64,000 bases of DNA, from assembly GCA_002269645.1 (NCBI GenBank), contig NIVC01003208.1:1-64000 (forward strand), written 5' to 3'. Positions within the stretch are counted from its first letter, which is position 1, and each line of letters begins with the position of its first letter. A model generated the notes under the pieces. That model saw only the letters and a list, made by a program, of their open reading frames with translations, searched no databases and was not told the DNA's origin. Both the position numbers and the translations under genes were made by a program. This stretch comes from Macrostomum lignano (taxonomy: Eukaryota). Of the stretch, positions 37,801 through 50,827 are shown piece after piece.

Positions 37801-40800
37801 AGAGACCTCAGCATGGATATAGAGTTCTCACATGAGACCTCAGTTCACATGAGACCTCAGTTCACCAGAGACCTCAGTTCACATGAGACCTCAGTTCACC
37901 AGAGACCTCAGTTCACATGAGACCTCAGTTCACCAGAGACCTCAGCATGGATATAGAGTTCTCACATGAGACCTCAGTTCACATGAGACCTCAGTTCACA
38001 TGAGACCTCAGTTCACCAGAGACCTCAGTTCACATGAGACCTCAGTTCACCAGAGACCTCAGCATGGATATAGAGTTCTCACATGAGACCTCAGTTCACA
38101 TGAGACCTCAGTTCACCAGAGACCTCAGTTCACATGAGACCTCAGTTCACATGAGACCTCAGTTCACCAGAGACCTCAGCATGGATATAGAGTTCTCACA
38201 TGAGACCTCAGTTCACATGAGACCTCAGTTCACCAGAGACCTCAGTTCACATGAGACCTCAGTTCACCAGAGACCTCAGTTCACATGAGACCTCAGTTCA
38301 CATGAGACCTCAGTTCACCAGAGACCTCAGTTCACATGAGACCTCAGTTCACCAGAGACCTCAGTTCACATGAGACCTCAGTTCACCAGAGACCTCAGTT
38401 CACATGAGACCTCAGTTCACCAGAGACCTCAGCATGGATATAGAGTTCTCACATGAGACCTCAGTTCACATGAGACCTCAGTTCACCAGAGACCTCAGTT
38501 CACATGAGACCTCAGTTCACCAGAGACCTCAGTTCACATGAGACCTCAGTTCACATGAGACCTCAGTTCACATGAGACCTCAGTTCACAGAGACCTCAGT
38601 TCACCAGAGACCTCAGCATGGATATAGAGTTCTCACATGAGACCTCAGTTCACATGAGACCTCAGTTCACCAGAGACCTCAGTTCACATGAGACCTCAGT
38701 TCACCAGAGACCTCAGTTCACATGAGACCTCAGTTCACATGAGACCTCAGTTCACATGAGACCTCAGTTCACCAGAGACCTCAGTTCACATGAGACCTCA
38801 GTTCACCAGAGACCTCAGCATGGATATAGAGTTCTCACATGAGACCTCAGTTCACATGAGACCTCAGTTCACCAGAGACCTCAGTTCACATGAGACCTCA
38901 GTTCACCAGAGACCTCAGTTCACAGAGACCTCAGTTCACATGAGACCTCAGTTCACATGAGACCTCAGTTCACATGAGACCTCAGTTCACCAGAGACCTC
39001 AGTTCACATGAGACCTCAGTTCACCAGAGACCTCAGTTCACATGAGACCTCAGTTCACCAGAGACCTCAGCATGGATATAGAGTTCTCACATGAGACCTC
39101 AGTTCACATGAGACCTCAGTTCACCAGAGACCTCAGTTCACATGAGACCTCAGTTCACCAGAGACCTCAGTTCACATGAGACCTCAGTTCACCAGAGACC
39201 TCAGCATGGATATAGAGTTCTCACATGAGACCTCAGTTCACATGAGACCTCAGTTCACATGAGACCTCAGTTCACAGAGACCTCAGTTCACCAGAGACCT
39301 CAGTTCACATGAGACCTCAGTTCACCAGAGACCTCAGCATGGATATAGAGTTCTCACATGAGACCTCAGTTCACATGAGACCTCAGTTCACATGAGACCT
39401 CAGTTCACCAGAGACCTCAGTTCACATGAGACCTCAGTTCACCAGAGACCTCAGTTCACATGAGACCTCAGTTCACCAGAGACCTCAGCATGGATATAGA
39501 GTTCTCACATGAGACCTCAGTTCACATGAGACCTCAGTTCACAGAGACCTCAGTTCACATGAGACCTCAGTTCACCAGAGACCTCAGTTCACATGAGACC
39601 TCAGTTCACCAGAGACCTCAGCATGGATATAGAGTTCTCACATGAGACCTCAGTTCACATGAGACCTCAGTTCACCAGAGACCTCAGTTCACATGAGACC
39701 TCAGTTCACCAGAGACCTCAGTTCACATGAGACCTCAGTTCACATGAGACCTCAGTTCACATGAGACCTCAGTTCACATGAGACCTCAGTTCACCAGAGA
39801 CCTCAGTTCACATGAGACCTCAGTTCACCAGAGACCTCAGCATGGATATAGAGTTCTCACATGAGACCTCAGTTCACATGAGACCTCAGTTCACCAGAGA
39901 CCTCAGTTCACATGAGACCTCAGTTCACATGAGACCTCAGTTCACCAGAGACCTCAGTTCACATGAGACCTCAGTTCACATGAGACCTCAGTTCACATGA
40001 GACCTCAGTTCACAGAGACCTCAGTTCACCAGAGACCTCAGTTCACATGAGACCTCAGTTCACCAGAGACCTCAGTTCACATGAGACCTCAGTTCACATG
40101 AGACCTCAGTTCACATGAGACCTCAGTTCACATGAGACCTCAGTTCACAGAGACCTCAGTTCACCAGAGACCTCAGTTCACATGAGACCTCAGTTCACCA
40201 GAGACCTCAGCATGGATATAGAGTTCTCACATGAGACCTCAGTTCACATGAGACCTCAGTTCACCAGAGACCTCAGTTCACATGAGACCTCAGTTCACCA
40301 GAGACCTCAGTTCACATGAGACCTCAGTTCACATGAGACCTCAGTTCACATGAGACCTCAGTTCACCAGAGACCTCAGTTCACATGAGACCTCAGTTCAC
40401 CAGAGACCTCAGCATGGATATAGAGTTCTCACATGAGACCTCAGTTCACATGAGACCTCAGTTCACCAGAGACCTCAGTTCACATGAGACCTCAGTTCAC
40501 CAGAGACCTCAGTTCACATGAGACCTCAGTTCACCAGAGACCTCAGTTCACCAGAGACCTCAGTTCACATGAGACCTCAGTTCACCAGAGACCTCAGCAT
40601 GGATATAGAGTTCTCACATGAGACCTCAGTTCACATGAGACCTCAGTTCACCAGAGACCTCAGTTCACATGAGACCTCAGTTCACCAGAGACCTCAGTTC
40701 ACATGAGACCTCAGTTCACATGAGACCTCAGTTCACATGAGACCTCAGTTCACATGAGACCTCAGTTCACCAGAGACCTCAGTTCACATGAGACCTCAGT

Positions 40801-43490
40801 TCACCAGAGACCTCAGCATGGATATAGAGTTCTCACATGAGACCTCAGTTCACATGAGACCTCAGTTCACCAGAGACCTCAGTTCACATGAGACCTCAGT
40901 TCACCAGAGACCTCAGTTCACCAGAGACCTCAGTTCACATGAGACCTCAGTTCACATGAGACCTCAGTTCACATGAGACCTCAGTTCACCAGAGACCTCA
41001 GTTCACATGAGACCTCAGTTCACCAGAGACCTCAGTTCACATGAGACCTCAGTTCACCAGAGACCTCAGCATGGATATAGAGTTCTCACATGAGACCTCA
41101 GTTCACATGAGACCTCAGTTCACCAGAGACCTCAGTTCACATGAGACCTCAGTTCACCAGAGACCTCAGTTCACATGAGACCTCAGTTCACCAGAGACCT
41201 CAGCATGGATATAGAGTTCTCACATGAGACCTCAGTTTACATGAGACCTCAGTTCACATGAGACCTCAGTTCACCAGAGACCTCAGTTCACATGAGACCT
41301 CAGTTCACCAGAGACCTCAGCATGGATATAGAGTTCTCACATGAGACCTCAGTTCACATGAGACCTCAGTTCACATGAGACCTCAGTTCACCAGAGACCT
41401 CAGTTCACATGAGACCTCAGTTCACCAGAGACCTCAGTTCACATGAGACCTCAGTTCACCAGAGACCTCAGCATGGATATAGAGTTCTCACATGAGACCT
41501 CAGTTCACATGAGACCTCAGTTCACCAGAGACCTCAGTTCACATGAGACCTCAGTTCACCAGAGACCTCAGTTCACATGAGACCTCAGTTCACCAGAGAC
41601 CTCAGCATGGATATAGAGTTCTCACATGAGACCTCAGTTCACATGAGACCTCAGTTCACCAGAGACCTCAGTTCACATGAGACCTCAGTTCACCAGAGAC
41701 CTCAGTTCACATGAGACCTCAGTTCACATGAGACCTCAGTTCACATGAGACCTCAGTTCACATGAGACCTCAGTTCACCAGAGACCTCAGTTCACATGAG
41801 ACCTCAGTTCACCAGAGACCTCAGCATGGATATAGAGTTCTCACATGAGACCTCAGTTCACATGAGACCTCAGTTCACCAGAGACCTCAGTTCACATGAG
41901 ACCTCAGTTCACCAGAGACCTCAGTTCACAGAGACCTCAGTTCACATGAGACCTCAGTTCACATGAGACCTCAGTTCACATGAGACCTCAGTTCACCAGA
42001 GACCTCAGTTCACATGAGACCTCAGTTCACCAGAGACCTCAGTTCACATGAGACCTCAGTTCACCAGAGACCTCAGCATGGATATAGAGTTCTCACATGA
42101 GACCTCAGTTCACATGAGACCTCAGTTCACCAGAGACCTCAGTTCACATGAGACCTCAGTTCACCAGAGACCTCAGTTCACATGAGACCTCAGTTCACCA
42201 GAGACCTCAGCATGGATATAGAGTTCTCACATGAGACCTCAGTTTACATGAGACCTCAGTTCACATGAGACCTCAGTTCACCAGAGACCTCAGTTCACCA
42301 GAGACCTCAGTTCACATGAGACCTCAGTTCACCAGAGACCTCAGCATGGATATAGAGTTCTCACATGAGACCTCAGTTCACATGAGACCTCAGTTCACAT
42401 GAGACCTCAGTTCACCAGAGACCTCAGTTCACATGAGACCTCAGTTCACCAGAGACCTCAGTTCACATGAGACCTCAGTTCACCAGAGACCTCAGTTCAC
42501 ATGAGACCTCAGTTCACCAGAGACCTCAGCATGGATATAGAGTTCTCACATGAGACCTCAGTTCACATGAGACCTCAGTTCACCAGAGACCTCAGTTCAC
42601 ATGAGACCTCAGTTCACCAGAGACCTCAGTTCACCAGAGACCTCAGTTCACAGAGACCTCAGTTCACCAGAGACCTCAGCATGGATATAGAGTTCTCACA
42701 TGAGACCTCAGTTCACATGAGACCTCAGTTCACCAGAGACCTCAGTTCACATGAGACCTCAGTTCACCAGAGACCTCAGTTCAAATGAGACCTCAGTTCA
42801 CCAGAGACCTCAGCATGGATATAGAGTTCTCACATGAGACCTCAGTTCACATGAGACCTCAGTTCACATGAGACCTCAGTTCACCAGAGACCTCAGTTCA
42901 CATGAGACCTCAGTTCACCAGAGACCTCAGCATGGATATAGAGTTCTCACATGAGACCTCAGTTCACCAGAGACCTTAGCATGGATATAGAGTTCTCACA
43001 TGAGACCTCAGTTCACATGAGACCTCAGTTCACCAGAGACCTCAGTTCACATGAGACCTCAGTTCACCAGAGACCTCAGCATGGATATAGAGTTCTCACA
43101 TGAGACCTCAGTTCACATGAGACCTCAGTTCACCAGAGACCTCAGTTCACATGAGACCTCAGTTCACCAGAGACCTCAGTTCACATGAGACCTCAGTTCA
43201 CCAGAGACCTCAGTTCACATGAGACCTCAGTTCACCAGAGACCTCAGCATGGATATAGAGTTCTCACATGAGACCTCAGTTCACCAGAGACCTCAGTTCA
43301 CATGAGACCTCAGTTCACCAGAGACCTCAGTTCACATGAGACCTCAGTTCACATGAGACCTCAGTTCACATGAGACCTCAGTTCACCAGAGACCTCAGTT
43401 CACATGAGACCTCAGTTCACATGAGACCTCAGTTCACCAGAGACCTCAGTATGGATAGAGTTCTCACCTGAGATCTCAGCATGAAGTTCA
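34860..43490. repeat. 8.6-kb satellite of 17-bp monomers with interspersed 32-bp variant (higher-order structure)
   Basis: Monomers GAGACCTCAGTTCACAT, GAGACCTCAGTTCACCA, 16-bp GAGACCTCAGTTCACA and 32-bp GAGACCTCAGCATGGATATAGAGTTCTCACAT. Confidence 0.97.
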
Positions 43491-43494
43491 GACT

Positions 43495-44112
43495 AGAGCT
43501 AGGAAATGAAGAAGCTAGGAAATGAAGGAGCTAGGAAATGAAGGAGCTGGGAAATAAATAAGCTAGGAAATGAAGGAGCTAAAAATGAAGAAGCTAGGAA
43601 ATGAAGCTAGGAAATGAAGAAGCTAGGAAATGAAGCTAGGAAATGAAGGAGCTAGGAAATGAAGCTAGGAAATGAAGCTAGGAAATGAAGGAGCTAGGAA
43701 ATGAAGCTAGGAAATGAAGAAGCTGGGAAATGAAGAAGCTGGGAAATAAATAAGCTAGGAAATGAAGGAGCTGGGAAATAAATAAGCTAGGAAATGAAGG
43801 AGCTAAAAATGAAGAAGCTAGGAAATGAAGCTAGGAAATGAAGAAGCTAGGAAATGAAGCTAGGAAATGAAGAAGCTATGAAATGAAGGAGCTAGGAAAT
43901 GAAGCTAGGAAATGAAGCTAGGAAATGAAGGAGCTAGGAAATGAAGCTAGGAAATGAAGAAGCTGGGAAATGAAGAAGCTGGGAAATGAAGAAGCTGGGA
44001 AATGAAGAAGCTGGGAAATGAAGAAGCTGGGAAATGAAGAAGCTGGGAAATGAAGCTAGGAAATGAAGAAGTTGGGAAATGAAGAAGCTGGGAAATGAAG
44101 AAGCTGGGAAAT
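43495..44112. repeat. Purine-rich 13/16-bp minisatellite
   Basis: GAAGCTAGGAAAT and GAAGAAGCTGGGAAAT units. Confidence 0.9.
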
Positions 44113-44880
44113 AAGCGCCACAAACAACATTTGTGATATTCAGCGACAAAAACAGCAAAACTGCCTTGAATAGAATCTGTATTATCTGTGCGAGCAAAGC
44201 CCCCAATAGAAATCTACTGCTGATCCGGTCCGGGATCTGCTAACTCGAAAAAGAACAGAAAAATACAGCGAAACATTGAAAATCTGTCGACAATGACGAG
44301 GCGCCATGGAAAACACAGAGACGCTGGCAGAAGCACATTGAGCACGCTGAGCACACAGAAGCATGATACGCTAAATATTAGCATGTAAGATTATTATAAG
44401 CTTTATGCACTGCTCTTAAAAAACAATTAATTAACAAGGAAATTTTGGGTGCAACAATTAGCAGCATAATTAGAAAGCAAAATTGTGTCGATCGCTATAC
44501 TCTACTGAGAGACCGTGAGTAGGCACCAGCGGGCATTACTGAATAGGCATCACATCACAAAAGTAGTGGCATTAATTACACCAATTTAGCGAATAAAGCG
44601 ACAGAGATTAGTCCTGTTGCATCCGTTGGTGACCTTGCGGCAAGCACCGCAACACATTATTGACAAGGGGAATAAAACACGATACTTCACTACAAATATA
44701 AACAAAATCGAGACTGAAGCAAAGGCAAAGACAGAAGCAGATTGTGAAATGGAAGCGGACACGTGGCAGTACACTGAGGCTCTGTCATTCAGGGGCTGGC
44801 GGAATGGGCGACCCTCGGCGACCACTGTCTACGGACCACCCTGAAGCTAAGGCTAAAGAGGCTCCGTCAGCAAAGAATTC

Positions 44881-45384
44881 ATTAGCAATCCATTACTACT
44901 GTTCAGGGCTGGATTAGCAATCCATTACTACTGTTCAGGGCTGGATTAGCAATCCATTACTACTGTTCAGGGCTGGATTAGCAATCCATTACTACTGTTC
45001 AGGGCTGGATTAGCAATCCATTACTACTGTTCGGGCTGGATTAGCAATCCATTACTACTGTTCAGGGCTGGATTAGCAATCCATTACTACTGTTCAGGGC
45101 TGGATTAGCAATCCATTACTACTGTTCAGGGCTGGATTAGCAATCCATTACTACTGTTCAGGGCTGGATTAGCAATCCATTACTACTGTACGGGGCTGGA
45201 TTAGCAATCCATTACTACTGTTAAGGGCTGGATTAGCAATCCATTACTACTGTTCAGGGCTGGATTAGCAATCCATTACTACTGTTCGGGGCTGGATTAG
45301 CAATCCATTACTACTGTTCAGGGCTGGATTAGCAATCCATTACTACTGTTCAGGGCTGGATTAGCAATCCATTACTACTGTTCA
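44881..45384. repeat. 32-bp minisatellite 3' of the RNF19-like gene
   Basis: Unit ATTAGCAATCCATTACTACTGTTCAGGGCTGG. Confidence 0.95.
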
Positions 45385-45525
45385 TCAATCGAATTCATTC
45401 TCGGTGTCCTTAGCCAAAGCGTTGCCGTCAACACAAACAAAAGTGTCAGTAAAAATAGAACACGAATGGCTGAAGACGCACAGCAGAGGTGGCAGCGCAC
45501 TCTTGAGTACCCAGGCCCGAGTCGC

Positions 45526-48500
45526 TTAGCTCTCAGCAGTCGGGGACGGAGGTTGCGCGAGCTGATGGGAAGGCGGCTCTGATCCGGACGTGCAGGCCGC
45601 ACCTTTGGCTTCCTCGGCGCTGGAAAGGATGATGCGGTGAGCCTGGCTGAGTGACCTGCCAGCCCGCGCCCTCACTGGCTGAGTGACCTGCCAGCCCGCG
45701 CCCTCACTGGCTGAGTGACCTGCCAGCCCGCGCCCTCACTGGCTGAGTGACCTGCCAGCCCGCGCCCTCACTGGCTGAGTGACCTGCCAGCCCGCACCCT
45801 CACTGGCTGAGTGACCTGCCAGCCCGCACCCTCACTGGCTGAGTGACCTGCCAGCCCGCACCCTCACTGACTGACTGAGTGACCTGCCAGCCCGCACCCT
45901 CATTGTCTGACTGAGTGACCTGCCAGCCGGCACCCTCACTGGCTGAGTGACCTGCCAGCCCGAACCCTCCCTGGCTGAGTGACCTGCCAGCCCGAACCCT
46001 CCCTGGCTGAGTGACCTGCCAGCCCGAACCCTCACTGGCTGAGTGACCTGCCAGCCCGAACCCTCACTGGCTGAGTGACCTTCCAGCCCGCACCCTAACT
46101 GGCTGAGTGACCTTCCAGCCCGCACCCTCACTGACTGAGTGACCTGCCAGCCGGCACCCTCACTGGCTGAGTGACCTGCCAGCCCGAACCCTCCCTGGCT
46201 GAGTGACCTGCCAGCCCGAACCCTCCCTGGCTGAGTGACCTGCCAGCCCGAACCCTCACTGGCTGAGTGACCTGCCAGCCCGAACCCTCACTGGCTGAGT
46301 GACCTTCCAGCCCGCACCCTAACTGGCTGAGTGACCTTCCAGCCCGCACCCTCACTGACTGAGTGACCTGCCAGCCCGAACCCTCCCTGGCTGAGTGACC
46401 TGCCAGCCCGAACCCTCACTGGCTGAGTGACCTGCCAGCCCGAACCCTCACTGGCTGAGTGACCTTCCAGCCCGCACCCTAACTGGCTGAGTGACCTTCC
46501 AGCCCGCACCCTCACTGACTGAGTGACCTGCCAGCCCGCACCCTCACTGACTGAGTGACCTGCCAGCCCGCCCCGCAGCCATGCTGCTCGAACCCACCAG
46601 TTGTCATCCATCTTCCCAGCCGCATCTTCTGACGCGGAATTCGCATCTTCAGGCATCGAGTTCGGGCTGACGTCGGCTCGAATCCGCAGCTGGAACCCGG
46701 CCTCCTTGCTGGTCTCGCCAGTCGCCGAGGCCGCCGTAGTCGCCAACTGAGCGCGCGCATCGGCGAGGTTGGCGAAGTCGGCAGCCGGGTCGCCAGCAGC
46801 CTCACCGCCGTCCCCGTCTGAGTCGTCCTGGCCGGAGGCGCAGCCGTCCGAGCGGCATAGCGACACGGGCACCACGGCATAGACGTAGGCCAGCAGGATC
46901 GGAACGGCAACGGCCACCGTCAGGACGGCGACAACCGGCGACACGATGATCGAGCCAGTGACCACCAGAGCCACCAGGCAGCGCCGCTGCGCCGTGGTCC
47001 GCCGACCCGACTTGCGCAGGCGGTGCCGGAGACGGTGGGCCGCCCACACGGGGACGCCAGCAATGATGACCGGCAGCGCCAGGCCGGCCAGCAGCGCGAT
47101 GCCCACCGGGGCGCCGATCAGCGTGCCGACCTGCGCGACGGAGAAGGGGGCGGCTGGCAATGAAATCCAGATCTAAATCATGGGAAAAACCCGTGAAGGG
47201 ATCTGAGACACTTGTGACCGAATCTGGGTGACCGAATCTGGGGATCCGGGTGACCGAATCTGGGGATCTGGGTGACCGAATCTGGGGATCCGGGTGACCG
47301 AATCTGGGGATCAGGGTGACCGAATCTGGGGATCTGGGTGACCGAATCTGGGGATCCGGGTGACCGAATCTGGGGATCCGGGTGACCGAATCTGGGGATC
47401 AGGGTGACCGAATCTGGGGATCTGGGTGACCGAATCTGGGGATCTGGGTGACCGAATCTGGGTGACCGAATCTGGGGATCCGGGTGACTGAATCTGGGGA
47501 TCTGGGTGACCGAATCTGGGGATCTGGGTGACCGAATCTGGGGATCTGGGTGACTGAATCTGGGGATCTGGGTGACCGAATCTGGGGATCCGGGTGACCG
47601 AATCTGGGGATCTGGGTGACCGAATCTGGGTGACCGAATCTGGGGATCCGGGTGACTGAATCTGGGGATCTGGGTGACCGAATCTGGGGATCCGGGTGAC
47701 CGAATCTGGGGATCTGGGTGACCGAATCTGGGGATCTGGGTGACCGAATCTGGGGGTCTGGGTGACCGAATCTGGGGATCCGGGTGACTGAATCTCGGGA
47801 TCTAGGTGACTGAACCTGAGACACCTGTGACCGGATCTAGGGATCCGGCATTTAAGTCAGATTAACACGGCGCTGAGATATTGAGACTCACCTGCCACAG
47901 GATCTTTTTCTTGCGGGACCAGGGCTTCTTGCCCCAGAAGGTGCAGCCGCTGGGACTGAGGTAGTGCAGGTCGGTGATCTCCTTCCTGCACAGCCAGCAG
48001 AACTCGGTCCCGCACAGTTTGCACTTCATGTGGTTGCAACTGCCGTCGTTCTCCTTGGAGATGTAGGTGGCGCAGCGGGGGCACTGCTTCACCTCGGCGG
48101 GCGGCTCCGAGCTACTTGGCGCCAGCAGCACCTCCGGGTTGTCGCGGGCAGCAGCGTACAGCTCAGCCTTCTGCCGCTCGATGCGGGCCTGCTCGCAGGT
48201 GCTGGTGGGGTGCCACTCGCTCTTGCAGTGATAGCAGAAGCTTGTGCCGCACACCTCGCACTCCAGGCGGGGGCAGCTGGCGCAGTCGCTGGCGATGACC
48301 GCGTATCTGGGAGGCGATTCGGCATGACCGCTGATGACGACTGAAGCTTATTATGACCGACTTTACTATGACCCCACCAGTCTGAATTTAGATTAGCACT
48401 ATGACTCAATCTATTGGCTTCATGACCTCAATCTATTGGCTTCATGACCTCAATCTATTGGCTCTATGACCTCAATCTATTGGCTCTATGACCTCAATCT

Positions 48501-49590
48501 ATTGGCTCTATGACCTCAATCTATTGGCTCTATTACTGAATCTATTGGCTCTATTACTCAATCTATTGGCTCTATTACTTAATCTATTGGTTCTATTACT
48601 GAATCTATTGGTTCTATTACTGAATCTATTGGTTCTATTACTGAATCTATTGGCTCTATTACTCAATCTATTGGCTTTATGACCTCAATCTATTGGTTCT
48701 ATTACTGAATCTATTGGTTCTATTACTGAATCTATTGGCTCTATTACTCAATCTATTGGCTTTATGACCTCAATCTATTGGTTCTATTACTTAATCTATT
48801 GGTTCTATTACTGAATCTATTGGTTCTATTACTCAATCTATTGGCCTATTACTCAATCTATTGGCTTTATGACCTCAATCTATTGGTTCTATTACTCAAT
48901 CTATTGGCTCTATGACCTTAATCGGTATGCAAGTATGCAAAAATCTGGCGGGACAGCACAGCATCACCGAGCCGCTCACTTGCAGTCGGGCGCGGGGCAC
49001 CAGCGGCAGTCGGGGTCGGCGGCCAGCACCCTGCGCAGGGTGAACAGCTCGTATTTGACTCGCAGCTCCTCGCTGACGATGGCGTTCACGTCTTCCGGAT
49101 GGAGGCGGGCGCTGCAGCTCAGACAGGCTGCTGGGAGGCCCTCCAAGATGGCCAGTCGCAGCGCCGTGGCCAGGCATGGCCGGCAGGCGAAGTGGCCGCA
49201 GTCGGTGATCATGTCCGGGAACTGTCCCACCGGCAGTCGTTCGGCGCACACCGGACACTCAGCCAGACCGTCCGCGTCCGCCGCGGCCGCAGCGGGTGTC
49301 ACAGTGACGGCCACCGTCGACGAGGCGGAAGTTCCGGCCGCGCCGCCAGCGGCGCTGGAGTCGCCGGGCTGCTGAGAGGAGCGCCCTACTGGCTGTCGCA
49401 CCGAGGAGGCGGCCGAGGAGCACTTCGGCTTGCGGCCGCTGCTCCCGCTGCTGCTGCTGCCGCCGCCACTAAAGAAGTTGCCAACCGCGTAGAGCACCGA
49501 GTTGGGCCTCCGGCGCTGCTTCAAGGAGCCGCCGCTGGGGCCGCCGACAGTCTCCGCCGGGGCAGCAGGGGATTTGGTTCTGGACAGCAT
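45526..49590 (-). CDS. RNF19: RBR-family E3 ubiquitin ligase, RNF19A/B (Dorfin) type, ~550 aa
   Basis: Exons 48980-49590, 47892-48306, 46598-47130, 45526-45619, phases consistent. RING1 CPVC...CGHFACRPC...CLSC; [28 protein letters not shown]...[10 protein letters not shown]; RING2 KQCPRC...DGSCNHMKC...EFCWLC; diagnostic [40 protein letters not shown] and [17 protein letters not shown] region. Confidence 0.95.
45645..46572. repeat. 32-bp minisatellite in RNF19 intron 3
   Basis: Unit CTGAGTGACCTGCCAGCCCGCACCCTCACTGG. Confidence 0.95.
47215..47835. repeat. 22-bp minisatellite in RNF19 intron 2
   Basis: Unit GGGTGACCGAATCTGGGGATC(T/C). Confidence 0.95.
48400..48920. repeat. 21/22-bp minisatellite in RNF19 intron 1
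   Basis: ATGACCTCAATCTATTGGCTCT and ATTACTGAATCTATTGGTTCT units. Confidence 0.9.
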
Positions 49591-50289
49591 GGACTCTGCT
49601 GTGAAAGATGCTGGAATAAGCGGCACATGAGAGTCAAGGCACTGCCTAACAAAGCTCGGACGCACCATTGCGTTGAGAATTAAGCACTAATTATTGATAT
49701 TGAGCCCTGAGTAGTGGGAACTGAACTTGGAGCATTTAGCAGAATGAGCATCGAGTCTGATTCTGATTAAACTCGCCAGTCTCGCTGCTATCGGCGCACT
49801 ATGTATGCATTAGTATGCATTCAGGGCGATAAATTTTGTCAATCACAAAGAACCGAAATCTATTATAACAAATGATAGCTAATTTTATAAAGCAGGTGGC
49901 AGCTAACAAAATTGAAGCGTCTCAAACACGCAGCGTAGACAGCTGGGGTGGGCAGTCAGTTAACTCTCAAACGAGGCCAACTGGTGTGATGAAGAGCAAA
50001 GCAGCTGAGCCCGCCTCGCTTCTGTGCACTCAAACACAGCACGCAAAGTGAACAGTGCTCAGGGGCAGAGCGCCTCAGACAATGAACAGCAGCAGCCAGT
50101 GCAGGTACGGAGTGAAGTGCAGGCCCAATGCATTAAATTAAACAGCATACAAAAACTGCATAACGGGTTTAAGCCACAAGAACGTAACTTCAGTCTCAGA
50201 CGCCTCTCAACCTCGTCGGGGCTCGAGTAAAGATCGTTACCATAGCAACGCACCGGGACGGCAGTTCAGGCTGTGAAGCGGGACAAAAA

Positions 50290-50827
50290 ATGCCAGATAG
50301 TCCTCGGCAGGAGGGCGACGATGATAGCAAGCAGGTGAGACTCAGTGCTGCTGCTCAATGTCCTATCAGGACACGCACTGCAGATTTGCATGCAATTTCT
50401 ACTCGTGTCACAGCAGGGCCGTGGAGAAAGCGCGCGCCAACCGGGCGGAGCGCAAGGCAAAGAGCAGAGGAGGTCCAGGCCGCGGTCTCCCTACAGACAG
50501 CAGGGGCCCACGGGCAGCTGGGTGGATCCCTACACCAAGCGGCGCAGGTCGTCCCTAGCCTTCAAACGGATGTCTCAGGAGGAGATTGACGCCATCGTGC
50601 AACGGCTGCGCCAGCCGACGGTGTCCAGCACCGGGGCCAAGGAGCAGCGGGACAAGGAGGAGAAGGACAAGCAGGAGCGCAGGAAGTCGGCGGGCCAGCG
50701 GACGGACGAGGAGAGGGCAAACATCGCGCAGCGGCTGTTCAGCGCCAACACTCGAGCTTGGAAAGCCAGAGGGGAGAAAAATCTCAATACAAGAGTGCAC
50801 TACAGCACAGACTTCACCATCATCTGA
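50290..50827 (+). CDS. Small basic uncharacterised protein, ~152 aa, 2 exons, divergent from RNF19
   Basis: ATG 50290, donor CAG|GTGAGA at 50334/5, acceptor at 50413 or 50416, GC-rich ORF to stop at 50827 (MSQEEIDAIVQRLRQPTVSS...NIAQRLFSANTRAW). Confidence 0.65.

Noticed and set aside
34860-43490. CRISPR-like repeat/spacer or encoded-message interpretation of the satellite
   Set aside because: No unique spacers, no cas genes, eukaryotic context; variant order is explicable by unequal exchange.
44110-44880. Short ORFs (e.g. 44617..44844) between the satellite and the RNF19 3' end
   Set aside because: No recognisable motif, no convincing splice partners, ordinary composition.
113-48920. Classical repeat-induced point mutation acting on duplicated DNA
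   Set aside because: Tandem arrays across the window retain CG and CA (e.g. 113-735, 25010-25345, 47215-47835), while the depleted blocks are mostly unique sequence. The process looks locus-targeted, not repeat-targeted.
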